In this document: positions 63,839-64,000 of the stretch, piece after piece | Position numbering within the stretch: position 1 is the first letter of the stretch | Layout: every line of letters starts with the position of its first letter | Origin: Lama glama | Lineage: Eukaryota | Length of the DNA stretch: 64,000 nt | Assembly: GCA_028534125.1 (NCBI GenBank) | Contig: CM052816.1 | Coordinates: 58,282,001-58,346,000 of the forward strand | Reading direction: 5' to 3' | Position numbers and translations under genes: made by a program | The notes under the pieces: model-generated | Database searches by the model: none | Told to the model about the DNA's origin: nothing | The model's input: only the letters and a program-made list of their open reading frames with translations

Positions 63839-64000
63839 GGCACAGGGAAATATATACAAGATCTTGTGGTAGCTCACAGCGAAAAAGAATGTGACAATGA
63901 ACATATGTATGTTCACGTATAACTGAAAAATTGTACTCTACACTGGAAATTGACACAACGCTGTAAACTGACTCTAACTCAATTTTTAAAAAGTTTAAAA
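63839..64000 (+). mobile_element. Young LINE-1 extreme 3' end at the window edge
   Basis: GCACAGGGAAATATATACAAGATCTTGTGGTAGCTCACAGCG, nearly identical to the copy at about 27378-27520. Confidence 0.85.

Noticed and set aside
45000..64000. Last exons of the expected upstream neighbour MCCC2
   Set aside because: I looked for its C-terminal coding sequence on the minus strand and did not see it. It is presumably outside the window.
1..64000. CRISPR arrays, operons or other prokaryote-type systems
   Set aside because: The sequence is mammalian, and I saw no regularly spaced repeat-spacer array or gene-dense region.

Overview
Mammalian genomic DNA, AT-rich and dense in interspersed repeats. Four tRNA-derived SINEs resemble the camelid Vic-1 family, so the source is most likely a camel, alpaca or llama (inference). 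The window has two 500-N assembly gaps. The only protein-coding gene I can support is CARTPT (cocaine- and amphetamine-regulated transcript prepropeptide) on the minus strand. It has three coding exons (22462-22304, 21862-21779, 20912-20805), GT-AG introns and a 116-aa product with the intact six-cysteine CART peptide. Its CpG-island promoter has a TATA box and a perfect CRE. One RE1/NRSE (REST) site overlaps the start codon, and a second RE1-like site in intron 1 carries a 19-bp tandem duplication. The acceptor that makes the rodent 13-aa long isoform is recognisable but out of frame here. The rest is LINE-1 fragments (many with target-site duplications, TSDs), SINEs, MIR/L2, ERV/MaLR LTRs, MER5-type DNA elements, microsatellites and an L1-mobilised U6 snRNA pseudogene. 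Almost all ORFs in the supplied track are spurious or repeat-derived. I found no convincing novel multi-gene system; the findings are regulatory or splicing details of CARTPT and retrotransposition oddities. Repeat family names come from recall of consensus sequences, not from a database search.
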